NCBI RefSeq assembly: GCF_009914755.1
Contig: NC_060927.1
Reading direction: 5' to 3' (one strand)
Length of the DNA stretch: 64,000 bases
From: the human T2T-CHM13v2.0 reference genome, Homo sapiens
Shown here in pieces: positions 47,084-60,507 of this stretch; within the stretch, counting starts at the first letter, position 1, and each line of letters starts with the position of its first letter. The translations under genes were made by a program, and so were the position numbers. Below the pieces are notes generated by a model, which did no database searches, was not told the origin of the DNA, and saw nothing but the letters and a program-made list of their open reading frames with translations.

Positions 47084-48120
47084 GTGGTAACCAGTTTCCA
47101 AGATGGCACCCAGTGATCCTCATCTTCCGGTATTTAGGCTTTTGGGTAGTCCAGCCCCATAATAAATGTCGATTACCTGTGTAAACAATAGACTATTGCT
47201 GGAATGACAACTGAGTAATTTATGAGAACAGGTCATGAGAGACTTTGTAGTTTCTGTCTTGTTCTCTTTCAGACCACTTACTCTAGGAACAACCAGCTAC
47301 TATATCATGAAGACACTCAAGCAGTACTATGGAGAGATGTATGCCATGAGGGATTAAGGCTACCTGCCAATAGCTAGCACTAATCTGCCAGTTATGGGAG
47401 TGAGCCATCTTGGAATTGGATCCTGCGGTCATAATCAAGTTTTATGATATGGCCCTGGCCACCATCTTGACTGTAGTGTCATGAAAATTTCTGAGTCTTA
47501 AACACCCAGCTAAATGACTCCTTGATTCTTGACGTATGAAAACTGTGTGAGGTAATACAAGTTTATCGTTGCTTTAGTCTGTTAAATTTTGGGGGTAATT
47601 TGTTACGCAGAAATAGACAAATAATACAGATTTTGGTACTTGGAGGTGGGCGCTACTGTAATTCCTAAACTGTGGGAGTGCCATTGGCACCAGGCAGTAG
47701 GTGAAAGGTGGGAAGACTGTGAGGGAAATGTCAGTGAAAGCTTATTAATAGAAACTTGATGGCCTTTGAGGAGGCTGCCGGTGAGGGTTTATAGGAATGT
47801 GAAGTAGGCAGGATTCTAAGGTGGCCCTCAAGATTCCTGGCCCCTAATGTGTTTTGCATAATCACCCCACTGATTGTGAGCAGGACCTGTGAGTATGACA
47901 GAACATTACCACCATGATTATGTTGTCACGTATGGCAAAAGGAATTTTTCAGATATAATTAAGGTCTCTAATCAGTTGACTTTGAGTTAATAAAAATGGA
48001 GATTATCCTGGGTAGGCCTGACCAAAGCACATGAGACTTTGAAAGACATTAATAGCAGCAACAGAGATTCTTCTGCTGGCATTGACAAAGTGAACTAGCA
48101 TGTTTTGAGAGGGCCTACAG
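47084..48120 (+). mobile_element. MLT1-family LTR with start of internal sequence, plus a second MLT1 LTR fragment
   Basis: CAAGATGGCACCCAGTGATCC...TAATACAGATTTTGGTAC; GATATAATTAAGGTC...GAGATTATCCTGG. Confidence 0.7.
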
Positions 48121-49578
48121 GCAGCTTAGGGAAAGGTATTCTGGGTAGAGAGAACAACATGGGCAAAATTAGGAGGCTTGGAAGTGTATAGTCTGTCTGT
48201 GTGTAGTCCGGCTAGTGGGAAGAGTGACAGGAGACACCAGCTGAGAGGTGTATACCATGCTAGGGAGCTGGACTGTCTCCATTGGCAGCAGAGGGGAGTT
48301 GTAAGCAGGGAAATAACATTACCATCACCTTTAGAGAGTACTTTCTATGAGCCAGGAACTAGGCTAAGAACTTGAGTGCATTATCTCATTTAATCTATTA
48401 ATATAATAGTACCGCATGACAAAGTGACTATCATTATCGCCACTTTACAGGGGAGAAAACTTAATCTTGGAAAACTTATCCCCAAACCCAGCAGGTGATA
48501 GAATTTGAATTCCATCTAACACCTAAAGCTATTCTGCGTATCATTTCTAGATCATTTTACCTAGAAGAGAATAAGAATAATTATAAGAATAATTCTAGCA
48601 GTGTTATAGAATAGGGATTGAAGAAAGGCCAGGCAAGGAGCCTGCTCAGGTTATTATAACGGTTTTGAGGAAAGATGATGAGGGCATTAAGTATATTTTC
48701 AGTGCTTGCTCTGCTGTGTTCTCTGTAGCCACATTGAGTCGGTTACTTGTTGGAGCATCAGGAGCCTCTGTAAAATGAGGACACTAGTGTTGCTGACATC
48801 ATAGGGTTGGTGAAAGGATTAAATGAAAAAATGTCTGTCAATCACTTAGCACCACGTCTGAGATGTAGTTGGCCCTTAATATATACAGAAGTTTACAAGG
48901 TATTTGTTTGTTTAATAAAGACAGGTCCACTCCAAGAAATGTTATTAAGTACTTAATAACGTGTGCTTTGAGGTGTACACATGAGTACAACAGCGAACAA
49001 CATGAGCAGGTAAATAACTGAACAAACAAATAATTTTAAATGCAGTAACTCTGTAAAGAGAAATGGAGGATGCTAATTTTTAACTCCCGTCAGGAAATTT
49101 CTGATGTATTTTTCTATATCTTTATTTAATAATCTTCTGATAATGAGTTAATTTAATATAAACTCAGATAAAATTTTTTGACAAAACTAAGAGATAAACC
49201 AAAATGAAATATCCGATTAGGATCCCGAATCGCGCCTCCCGAGGTTAGTACTACCCCTCACGACTCCTCCCTCCGCCACAGCCACGCCTCTTCTGGGTTT
49301 ACAGTTCAGAATCACGCCGGCCTCATTCTACCGCTGCTCTCTCCTGGATCTCGGCCACGGATCTTTTGCTCGCGAAAGTTCCTCCGTCTAGCTGCACACA
49401 ACGCTGCTGCAGGAAACCGAGGTAAGGGATTTGCCGAGACTTAGCTCCACCACACTCCCCGAGGCCCCGCCCCTCCTCTCTGGCCCTCCCCTAGGCCCAG
49501 GTGTCTCGCGTTGCACGTGCAGTTGTTGTGGTTCTACGTCACGTGGTCCCGGAAGTTCAAGACAGACCCGCCTCAAAC

Positions 49579-49635
49579 ATGGCGGCGCCCAGCGCGCGAG
49601 GACGTGATCCGCTTCTGCTCCGGCTTGGATTGTAG
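49579..49635 (+). other. Upstream ORF, 18 aa (MAAPSARGRDPLLLRLGL*)
   Basis: AAACATGG strong Kozak context, TAG at 49633-49635, ends 22 nt before the main ATG; inclusion in mRNA depends on the TSS. Confidence 0.6.
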
Positions 49636-49657
49636 CCTTGACGAGGTCTGAGCGACC

Positions 49658-49690
49658 ATGGACCGGCCGGGGTTCGTGGCAGCGCTGGTG
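49658..49690 (+). CDS. SLC25A26: First coding exon (11 codons, MDRPGFVAALV) of the mitochondrial S-adenosylmethionine carrier; intron continues past the window end
   Basis: ACCATGG Kozak ATG at 49658; peptide matches the known N-terminus MDRPGFVAALV(AGGVAG...); GTG|GTGAGT donor at 49691 (c.33+1), phase 0; no sequence encoding AGGVAGVSVDL seen downstream in the window. Confidence 0.95.
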
Positions 49691-50720
49691 GTGAGTGCGG
49701 GGCGGTGGGGTGGGTTGCTCAGAGTGCCGGCGTCCGGCATTGGAGCCCGCGGGGGTTCTCTGCACTGGTTTTCTTCCGGTTTTGCGGGCTGGACTGTCCT
49801 CGGGTTACTGGCAGCCAGGTCTGAGAGGGAGCACGAGGCTCCCAGGCCACCGGCGGGCCAGGTGTTAAGGCTATGTCTGTACTGCCAGGTCATAAGAGCC
49901 AGGTGGGGGAAGGAAGGTGACTCATTGTCTTTTGCACCCTCATTTACTTAAAAAAGAGCTTCTATTATACACTGTTAACTACTCTTTCATTAAATAGTGT
50001 AACTACTCTAGAGATCTTGGGAATTAAAGAAATGTATGTAACACAACAACAAAAACCTTACTCACATCGCTCCCAGCCCTTCTATTCAATACTACGTTTC
50101 TCATTTTGCTGCATCTCTTTTCAGTCTTAGAAAATGACATGTCCTTCTGTTCATTCAATACATAATCTGCTATTTCTGCTCCAAGCCTAGGCTTTGGAGA
50201 AATATTGATGAGCACACATAGCTCATCGGGAACGCTGCGGAGTCAATAAACAGGCTTAGTATTTAATTCCGTAGCAGAAAACTACGAGAATCAACATGAA
50301 TTAACAGAAAAAAAAGTCCTTTACCAAATATTTTGGAGCGTCTGGTAGAGGATACTAGATACAGCAGTTAACAAAACAGAGTTTGGCTGCCTACGTTTTC
50401 ATTGTGTGGAATGGGCAGAGACAGACGAATAATTTTTAAAATGATTTTCATAGGGAAAATGGAGGCCCACAGTGATTTAGTCACTTAATTATCGAATTTT
50501 GGTGTTGCAGGTGTTGAGGATAACATGGTGAACAAGATAGACCTGCTCCTAAGGGTCAGGTGTTAGAGACAAAATAGTAAAATGACTGTTGGGATAAATA
50601 ACAGGTGGGCTAGGTTCAGGGTGTTAGGGGAATATATGGAAGTAGGGATGTCTTAGCCAGACTTGTAGGATGATAGCTTTAAATCTAGATTTGTTGAAAC
50701 TTGTATAAGGTAGGTCTTAG

Positions 50721-51047
<327 letters not shown>

Positions 51048-52794
51048 TTACCGCTTTTAAGGAGCTTTCCTGTCTAGCTGGTGTCACAGCAGCAGTAGTT
51101 TGTCAGCTAACATTCCTGTGCCAGGAACTGGGGTAAGCTCTTTACATACATTATCCCATTTAATTCTCACAATAATTGAACTCTTATCCTAATTTTCCAA
51201 ATGAGGGAAGTGGGATACCAAGAGATTAGATAACTAGTTCAAAATCACACAAGTGAGATCCATTTCGTCTGTGTAAGTATTGGAGCTCATATTCCAACCC
51301 AGGTGATGTCACCTGGGAGTCGTGCCCTTATCTGCTTCTTGATACTCTCCGAAGTCAGCAAAGGTTGCAATTGCTAAAACACAGGTGAGTGCTGCAGTTA
51401 ACAAAAGAATGGATTTAGTATATACTTAATTAAAGTATGATACACATGCAGTAAAGTATACTTTTTTCCCAATGTATTTATAGAGGGTAAAATTAGAATC
51501 AATAGGTGGAAGTTTCAAGAAACTAGATTTCATTCCAGGTAAAGGAAAAACATTTTATTTATGCATTCAGCACACAATTTTTCTTCCATCTATTCTGCCC
51601 ACTGGGTATTGTGGTAGGCTTTGTAGATACAGTGGCAGATAACCCCATTTCAAGTAGGGAAGAAAGACCAGCAGATAAAACAGTTGCAATGAATAAGTGC
51701 TATGAAAGAAATGAACTGAAGATGCGACAGAGTAGGCAAATATTGGTGAACCTCTTAGATGGAGTGACCAAGGAAAGCCACGAAGTGGTAACATTTCAGC
51801 TAAGACCTAAAAGATAGGAAGGGGCTTGAATTTTTGATGATCAGAGTGGGAGGTTCAGTCATGGGGAATGGCTCAAGTGGAAAGAGCTTAGAGTTTTCAA
51901 GTGGTGAGGCCTAATGGGTAAGGATAGCATGGCAGGGGTTGGTATGGGAGGGGTAGGCAAAGCCAGCTGAGGTGGGGCTTTATGGGCTAGGGAAAATAAT
52001 TTGGATTTCATTTGTAGTGTAATGGAAGCCATTGAAATGTTTTATTATCAGAGTAGTACGGAGATGGAGTGGCTACTTTTTAATGTCTTGGAGTGCGTTT
52101 GAGACACAGTGAACACTCCTGAGGGAGTTTGGTTTTGCTTACTACTCTTTTACCAGTACCTGGCACTAGGTAAGCACTCAGTACTACTTTGAATGAAAAG
52201 CCTAGATGATTGCTGAAGTCTTGAAACTTGGATTTGAAGAATTAAATGAGGTAACATTAAACACACAGAGCAGAGCCTGGCAAGTAGCAGACATTGAAAT
52301 GCTCCCTTCCTAAAGCTTCATGAAGAGGATTGAATAAGTGGAGAGCCTCTGGGATGTTAGTTATCATTTGGAGCACAGAGTGGGGTATCCAGAAACAAAA
52401 TCCTCAAAGAGTACATTGATCAGTGCATACTTTTAGGAAAGCAACTGGAACTATGTATTAGCAACCTAAAGATATTTATATAAATAACATTTAACTCAGT
52501 GAAGACAGTAAGAAGCTGCTAAAACATGGGACAGAGGGGAAGAATTAGACAAACAATGGGAAACCCATTTCTTGGACTAGTCTGCAGCCATAAAAAATAG
52601 TGCTTGTGAAGAGAATGTACTATAATTACATGGGAAATGCTTATGAGATAAAATTAAGAGAAAAACATTGCATGTATGTATATTTGCTTGTACCTAATTA
52701 AAGCTATGTTAAAACCTATTCCATTCATGGGGAAAAAAAGCCAGATTGAAATACTCCAAAATAGCACTAAGTATTTTTGGTGGTAGGATTACAT

Positions 52795-55030
52795 CGTGTT
52801 AGTCTGTTCTCATGCTGCTAACAAAGATACCTGAGACTGGGTAATTTATAAAGGAAAGAGTCTTAATTGACTTACAGTTCCATTTGGCTGGGGAGGCCTC
52901 ACAGTTGTGTGGAAGGCAAAGGAAGAGCAAGTCATGTCTTACATAGTGGCAGACAAGAGAGCATGTGCTGCAGGGGAACTCCCCTTTATAAAACCATCAG
53001 ATCCTGTGAGACTTACTCACTATTACCAGAAGAGCAAGGGAAAGACCTGCCCCCATGATTCAGTTACCTTCCACCAGGTCCCTCCCACAACACATTGGAA
53101 TTATGAGAGTTACAATTCAAGATGAGATTTGGGTGGGGACACAGAGCCAAACCATATCATTCCACCCCTGGCCTCTCCCAAATCTCCTATCCTCACATTT
53201 CAAAACCAATCATGCCTTCTCAACAGTCCCCAAAGTCTTAACTCATTTTAGCATTAATTCAAAAGTCCACAGTCCAAAGTCTTATCTGAGACAAAGCAAG
53301 TCCCTTCTGCCTATGAGCCTGTAAAATGAAAAGCAAGTTAATTACTTCCTAGATACAATGGGGTTACAGGTATTGGGTAAATACACCCATTGCAAATGGG
53401 AGAGATTGGCCAAAATGAAGGGGCTGTAGGCCCCATGCAAGTCTGAAACCCAACAGGGTAGTCACATCTTAAAGCTCTGAAATCATCTCCTTTGACTCCA
53501 TGTCTTACATCCAGGTCACGCTGCTGTAAGAGGTGGGTTCCCATGGTGGCTTTGTGGGATACAGCTCCCCTCCTGGCTGTTTTCATGGGCTGGCATTCAG
53601 TGTCTGTAGCTTTTCCAGGCACAGGGTTCAAGCTGTCAGTGGATCTACCATTCTGGGGTCTGGAGGACAGTGGCCCTCTTCTCACAGCTCCACCAGGTGG
53701 TGACCTGGTGGGGACTCCTTACTGGGGCAGCCACATTTCCCTTCCACACTGCCCCAGTAGAGGTTCTCTAGGAGAGCCCCACCCCTGCAGCACACCTCGG
53801 CCTGGACATCCCGACGTTTCCGTACATCATCTGAAATCTAGGCAGAGGTTCCCAAAGCTCAGTTCTTGTCTTCTGCACACCCACAGTACCAACACCATGT
53901 GGAAGCTGCCAAGGCTTGGGGCTTGCATCCTTCGAAGCCATAGCCTGAGCTCTACCTTGGCCCCTTCTAGCCACGGCTGTAATGGCTGGGACACAGGGCA
54001 CCAAGTCCTGAGGCTGCACACAGCAAGGGGGCCCTGGACCCAGTCCAGGAAATCATTTTTTCCCTCCTAGGCCTCCAGAGCCTGTGATGGGAGGGGCTGC
54101 CATGAAGGTCTCTGACATGCCCTGAAGACATTTTCCCCACTGTCTTGTCAGTTAACGTTTGACTCCTGGTTATTTATGCAAATTTCTGCAGCCAGCTTGA
54201 ATTTTTCTCCAGAAAATGGGTTTTTCTTTTTTACCGCATCATCAGGCTGCAAATTTTCCAAACTTTTATGCTTTGTCACCTCTAGGATGCTTTGCCACTT
54301 AGAAATTTCTTCTGTCGGATACTGTAAATCATCTCTCTCAAGTTCAAAATTTCACAGATCTCTAGGGCAGGGGCAAAATGCTGCCAGTCTCTTTGCATAG
54401 CAAGAGTGGCCTTTACTCCAGTTACCAAGAAGTTCCTCATCTCCATCTGAGTCCACTTCAGCCTGGATTTTATTGTCCATCTCACTGTCAGCATTTTGGT
54501 CAAAGCCATTCAACAAGTCTCTAGGAAGTTCCAAACTTTCCCACATCTTCCTGTCTTCTGAGCCCTTCAAACTGTTCCAACCCCTGCTTGTTACCCATTC
54601 TGAAGTCGCTTCCACATTTTCAGGTATCTTTATAGTAGCACCCTACTGTGGGTACCAATTTCCTGTATTAGTCTGTTCTCACACTGCTGATAAAGACATA
54701 CCCAAGACTGGGTAATTTATAAAGGGAAGAGGTTTAATGGACTAACAGTTCCACATGGCTGGCAGAGGGGCCTCACAATCATGGTAGAAGGCAAAGGAGG
54801 AGCAAAGTCACGTCTTACATGGCTGCAGATGAGAGCGTATGCAGGAGAACTCCCCTTTATGAGATCATCAGATCTTGTGAGACTTATTCACTATCACCAG
54901 AACAGAATGGGAAAGACCTGCCACCATGATTCAATTACCTCCCACCAGGCCCCTCCCACAACATGTGGGAATTATGGGAGCTACAATTCAAGATGAGATT
55001 TGGTTGGGGACCCAGAGCCAAACCATTTCA
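52795..55030 (-). mobile_element. Full-structure THE1 (MaLR) element: 5' LTR 54664-55030, internal about 1.5 kb, 3' LTR 52795-53159
   Basis: Two direct LTRs (TGTATTAGTC...ACCATATCA on +) flanking THE1-int that starts GAAATTGGTACC on -. Confidence 0.92.
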
Positions 55031-55039
55031 TGTGCGTTC

Positions 55040-55323
55040 TTTTCTTTTTTTTTTGAGACAAGGTCTTCCTCTGTTGCCCAGGCTGGAGTGCAGTGGTGCT
55101 GTCTCTGCTCAAGTGATCCTCCCACCTCAGCCTCCTGAGTAGCTGGGACTAGAGGCATGCACCAACCACGCCTGGCTAATTTTTTAATTAAAAATTTTCT
55201 TGTTTTGTAGAGACAGGGTCTTGCTGTGTTGCCAGGGCTGGTTTTGAAGTACTGGCCTCAAGCAATCCTCCTGACTCAGCTTCAAAGTGCTGAGATTACA
55301 GGCATGAGCCACTGAGCCCAGCC
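55040..55323 (-). mobile_element. AluJ with internal deletion
   Basis: Alu motifs. Confidence 0.85.
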
Positions 55324-57902
55324 CATGTTGTTCTTACAGTTTTTAGAAAATTTTTTTTTGTAGAGAGAGGTGTCACAGGTATGAGCCACCACACCTGGCC
55401 CACCCTAAGAATTTTTGTCAAAACATTAAAAACGCTTTGGTTGTAAATATATAGGGGAAAAATTGCAAAGCTGATGTTTATTTAGTACACTGTAATTAAA
55501 AACATTAGAAACATTAATAACTTAATTTTTTGGACAAAACCTTATCAACAGTAGTTTGAACATTTGCTTGTGTTCTCATTATGTATTATAGAAGAAGCAT
55601 CTTTTTATGCCTTGGCAAGTTGTCATACTGCTTTCTCAGTTTGGATCAACTTCTAACATTTTATTTTTTGTGCTTTCAATGTTGTGAGTTCGTTTAATGC
55701 GAAGACTTGCTGACATAACTTAGTCTGGGACATTTTCATCCTTTTCATCACAACTACTTTCCTTATTTATGTTAAATTTGCTCTCACTTATTTTTTCTAG
55801 TTACTTATCTAGATTAATGACAGCAGTGTGAATATTTCCATGGCCAGCTGTTTGTTCTCTAATACCATTTATGTCTGATTTTTGTTTAACTTTGTGTTAC
55901 CACTTTTCATTTTTTTTGCATTTTCATCTTTGTTCATCAGTTTTCTGTCTATTTTTATAAAATGTCGTGTGCATTTATTACTGGGAGATGAGGTAACAAC
56001 TATTTGCTGTCTGTGCGTAAACTGAGTAATAGGCAGTGATTTCTGTTAATTGTATTGTGATTTGTGGACTGAACAAGTGGTGAAGTTTACACTTTATCCA
56101 GTTACTCATAGTTAATATGCTGTGGTAACTGAAATTTGACCTGGGTCATTGGGAGATTCATGTTATTTAAGTAAATCATGGTAACTGAAATTCATGTATG
56201 TAGGTACCATGCAAAGTGAGGACCGCTTGTAGTTTTTGTTTTCCTGTTTTTAGTGAGGTGATTTTTGGCTGGTGCTGTCATCTGGGGAGCTTTTTCGTGA
56301 TACTTGGGTGTCTTCTCACTGGACCTGCCCTTCTGCTGAGAACCACCTTACAGGCAGTAGGATACTTGAGGGGAACAATGTGGGTTATGATGGCAGGGGT
56401 TCTTGGGTGGAGTGAAGAAAGGTAATACGAATGAAGTATTGGGTATACTATTAAAAGAGGTTTTCTGTTTTGTTGTTTTTCTTGTTTTGCCTCTTATCTT
56501 TTCTGGATAGTGACCTCCTAGTTTTCAATTTGGAGTAAAGGGCATCTTTAAAGATTATCTCCAAATTTATAAAAAATTGAGAATTATGCTTCTCTTTCTC
56601 AGGACTTGTGTGACTTGTTTATTTTTGGCATTTACGTCAGAGTGAGCAGGTCTTCCCTTTTTGCTTGCTTTTGTGTTGAGCAAGAAATTATCTAAACACA
56701 AGTATATTCCAAATTTTGCTCAGCCCGTGGAGCATGCAAAGCACTGCTTGGAGAGCACCAATCATGCAAGGACCACAACTGATAACCACCACTGTGATGG
56801 AGGCATTTTTTTGTGCATCTCTACTACCCACAGATGGGACTACCTTTCTTTTTTCATTTTTCTTTCTGTTTAAGAAAGGCATACTTGGAAAGTTTTAGTA
56901 TTTGATAACTTAGCTGTAAGTGACTTGTTAATGTGCTTTTGTTACCACTTCCAAACCCTACTACTACGTGTTGAAAGTTGCTCTGAATATTAAATCTTTT
57001 GTAATACAGACAAAATTTGGGTAACATTAATTAAATTCCAAATAAAGGAAAGATAAAAGTTACACCCACAGTTATCTCACCTCCCCAAATCAGGTGTCTT
57101 TTACATGCTTAACCAGATACATTTGTTGGCCTTTGCTGTGTTATTTGGGGTTGAATGCCTGAAAAATATGGTCCCCCACCTTCAGGGATTTAGAGTCTAG
57201 TAGGAGGCAGATGCTAAACGAAACTTAATTATATAATTCCAAGTGGTGGTAACACTTAACTGTTTACTGAGCACTTTAAAAGTGCTTATGCAACTTTTTC
57301 ATAGCTGAGGTCATATAGGTATAATTTTATATTCTACTTTAAAAAATTAACATGTAAGTTTGAATTCAAGAATCATAAAGCAATTTGAACACTTATATTT
57401 CTCTTTAAGTTTTTGAAGTTGATGCTGAATGTTCCTGTCATGCATCACATGATTTGGTTTCTGTTGAGTCAGTTCACTGGGGATTCTTGTCCAGAGAGCA
57501 GAATTTGAGAAGAGCTTTTAATTCATTATTGCTAGTGAAAAACTTGAATTTACAGATTTTAATATATGAATTTGTCAGTTGAGTTGAATATAGGAATGTC
57601 ATCTTCAGTGTTTGGTAAAGTACTCTTTAGGCTTTTGCGTGGTTTTTAGTATTTGCATGTCAGTATTGGTACCAGCAAACTTTGAAGGATGTTTATAGTA
57701 ATATAATTCTAAAAATAGTAGTTTATTGATAATTGATTAAGGCCTAGGCATTTTGCTAACCATATAACAGGTTCATCTGATTGTGTTTAGTTCTCATTTA
57801 TTTTATTTAATTCTCAAAAACTCTATGAAGTATAGGTACTCTTTTCCCTGTTTCATGTGTCAAGAAACAAAGGCTTAGAGAGGTTAGTTTCCCTAAGAAG
57901 AC

Positions 57903-58278
57903 TGATATGGTTTGGCTGGGTCCCCACCCAAAATTTCATCTTGAATTGTAATCCCCATAATCCCCATGTGTCAAGGACGAACCAAAGGTGGAGGTAATTG
58001 GATCGTGGGGACAGTTCCCCCATGCTGTTCTCCTGATGGTGAGTGAGTCTCATGAGATCTGATGGTTTTATAAGTGTCTCGCATTTCCCCTCTTGCACTC
58101 TCTGTGTCCTGCCGCCCTGTGAAGAAGGTGCCTGCTTCACCTTTGCCCTCTGGCATGATTGTAAGTTTCCTGAGGTCTCCCCAGCAGTGCGGAGCTGTGA
58201 GTCAACTAAACCTCTTTTCTTTATACATGACCCTGTCTCAGGTATTTCTTCATAGCTGTGTGAGAACAGACTAATACA
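57903..58278 (+). mobile_element. THE1D-like solo LTR
   Basis: TGATATGGTTTGGCTG...GACTAATACA; TSD AAGAC on both sides. Confidence 0.92.
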
Positions 58279-58800
58279 AAGACCAAGTTGAAACCGAAGC
58301 TAAATCTGTTTGATGCCAAAGCTGTGTTCTTAGGCAATACTTAATTTGAAAGAATTCCTGGAGAAATGGAAGAATAATCGAGTCAGATTCTAGAACCATT
58401 ATTATTGTATTCTTGAGAATAGCCTCACTAAAAAAAAAACTGAATGTACACAGTTCTTTCCATTAGGAGGTAATATTAAGCAGAGATTTCTGGAGAAGTC
58501 CCCCTGAGTATTCCACAAAGTGGTCATGGTGGCTGAGGAATGCTGCGAAGAATAGCAGCAGATAGCTGACCCTGACTTTTGATTGTCACACATGCTGTGG
58601 CAGACCAGAACAGGGACCACCAAGCAGTGCTTGACTGCAAGATTTCTTCTGAACATTTCCTCTTTTTACAAAGTGTTATCTCATCATCCCACATTTCTAT
58701 TTTAGCACCCCTGCTATATAAGAAACACTCGGTTAGATATTTAGGAAGGCAGGTGACTAACTGATCTGGTTTCTACTCTGAAGGATCTAAACGTCAGACA

Positions 58801-59813
<1,013 letters not shown>

Positions 59814-60334
59814 CTATAGAGGGTGAAGCTTCATGAAGCTGCAGAGGAGGTAGCTTAGGGTCAGTAGGTTGAGGTTCTTAGTTACCGTTTGCTGAGTGGC
59901 TTCTATATATCAAGTACAACCAGTAAATTAGAGATTTTTTTTTTCCCCAGGGGAAGCATGAATTTTGAATGGCTTAGCTTTTATATATTTGTAATATTCA
60001 TTACAAAACTTGAGCAAATAAAAAATTAACAAGGTTGTTTAAAAAATTAATAATTCTTGTTATTTAAAATTGTTAAAAATTATTTAAAAATTAATTGTTA
60101 AAAAATTAACAAGAAATATTATTAACAGTAGTATTTCTCATCCTGAATCTCTTTCCACAGAGGCAATAATTTCTAGCAATTTACTGTTTATGTTCCAGAC
60201 TTCTAATTATGCATATACAAATAGTTACACATTTTAAAAGATGGGATTATATAGCATATATTGTTTTATAGCTAATTTGATTAATTTAAGAATATAGTGT
60301 ATGTTTCTGTGCCAATAAGTATGGGTTTACCTCA

Positions 60335-60507
60335 TTTTTTTTTTTTTTTTTGATTAGAGACAGGATCTTGCTCTGTTGCCCAAGCTAGAGTGCAGGGCAG
60401 TGGCGTGATCATAGCTTACTGCAACCTCAAACTCCTGGGCCCAAGTGAGCATCCCACCTCAGCCTCCCAGCAGCTAGGACTACAGACATGAGCCACTGCA
60501 CCCAGCC
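60335..60507 (-). mobile_element. Alu monomer (FRAM/AluJ fragment)
   Basis: T tail plus a single arm. Confidence 0.8.

Larger units (their letters stand above)
49210..49900 (+). promoter_or_regulatory. SLC25A26: CpG-island promoter of SLC25A26
   Basis: Dense CpG; GC box GGCCCCGCCCC 49463-49473; palindrome TGCACGTGCA 49512-49521; E-box GTCACGTGG 49538-49546 overlapping TACGTCA; ETS CCGGAAGT 49549-49556; YY1-type AAACATGGCGGC 49575-49586. Confidence 0.9.

Noticed and set aside
49658-49951. 97-aa ORF as a complete protein
   Set aside because: Only the first 11 codons match SLC25A26; the rest reads through the GTGAGT donor into the intron
52867-55138. Cluster of ORFs up to 192 aa
   Set aside because: All lie within the THE1 LTRs or internal sequence, and are fragmented
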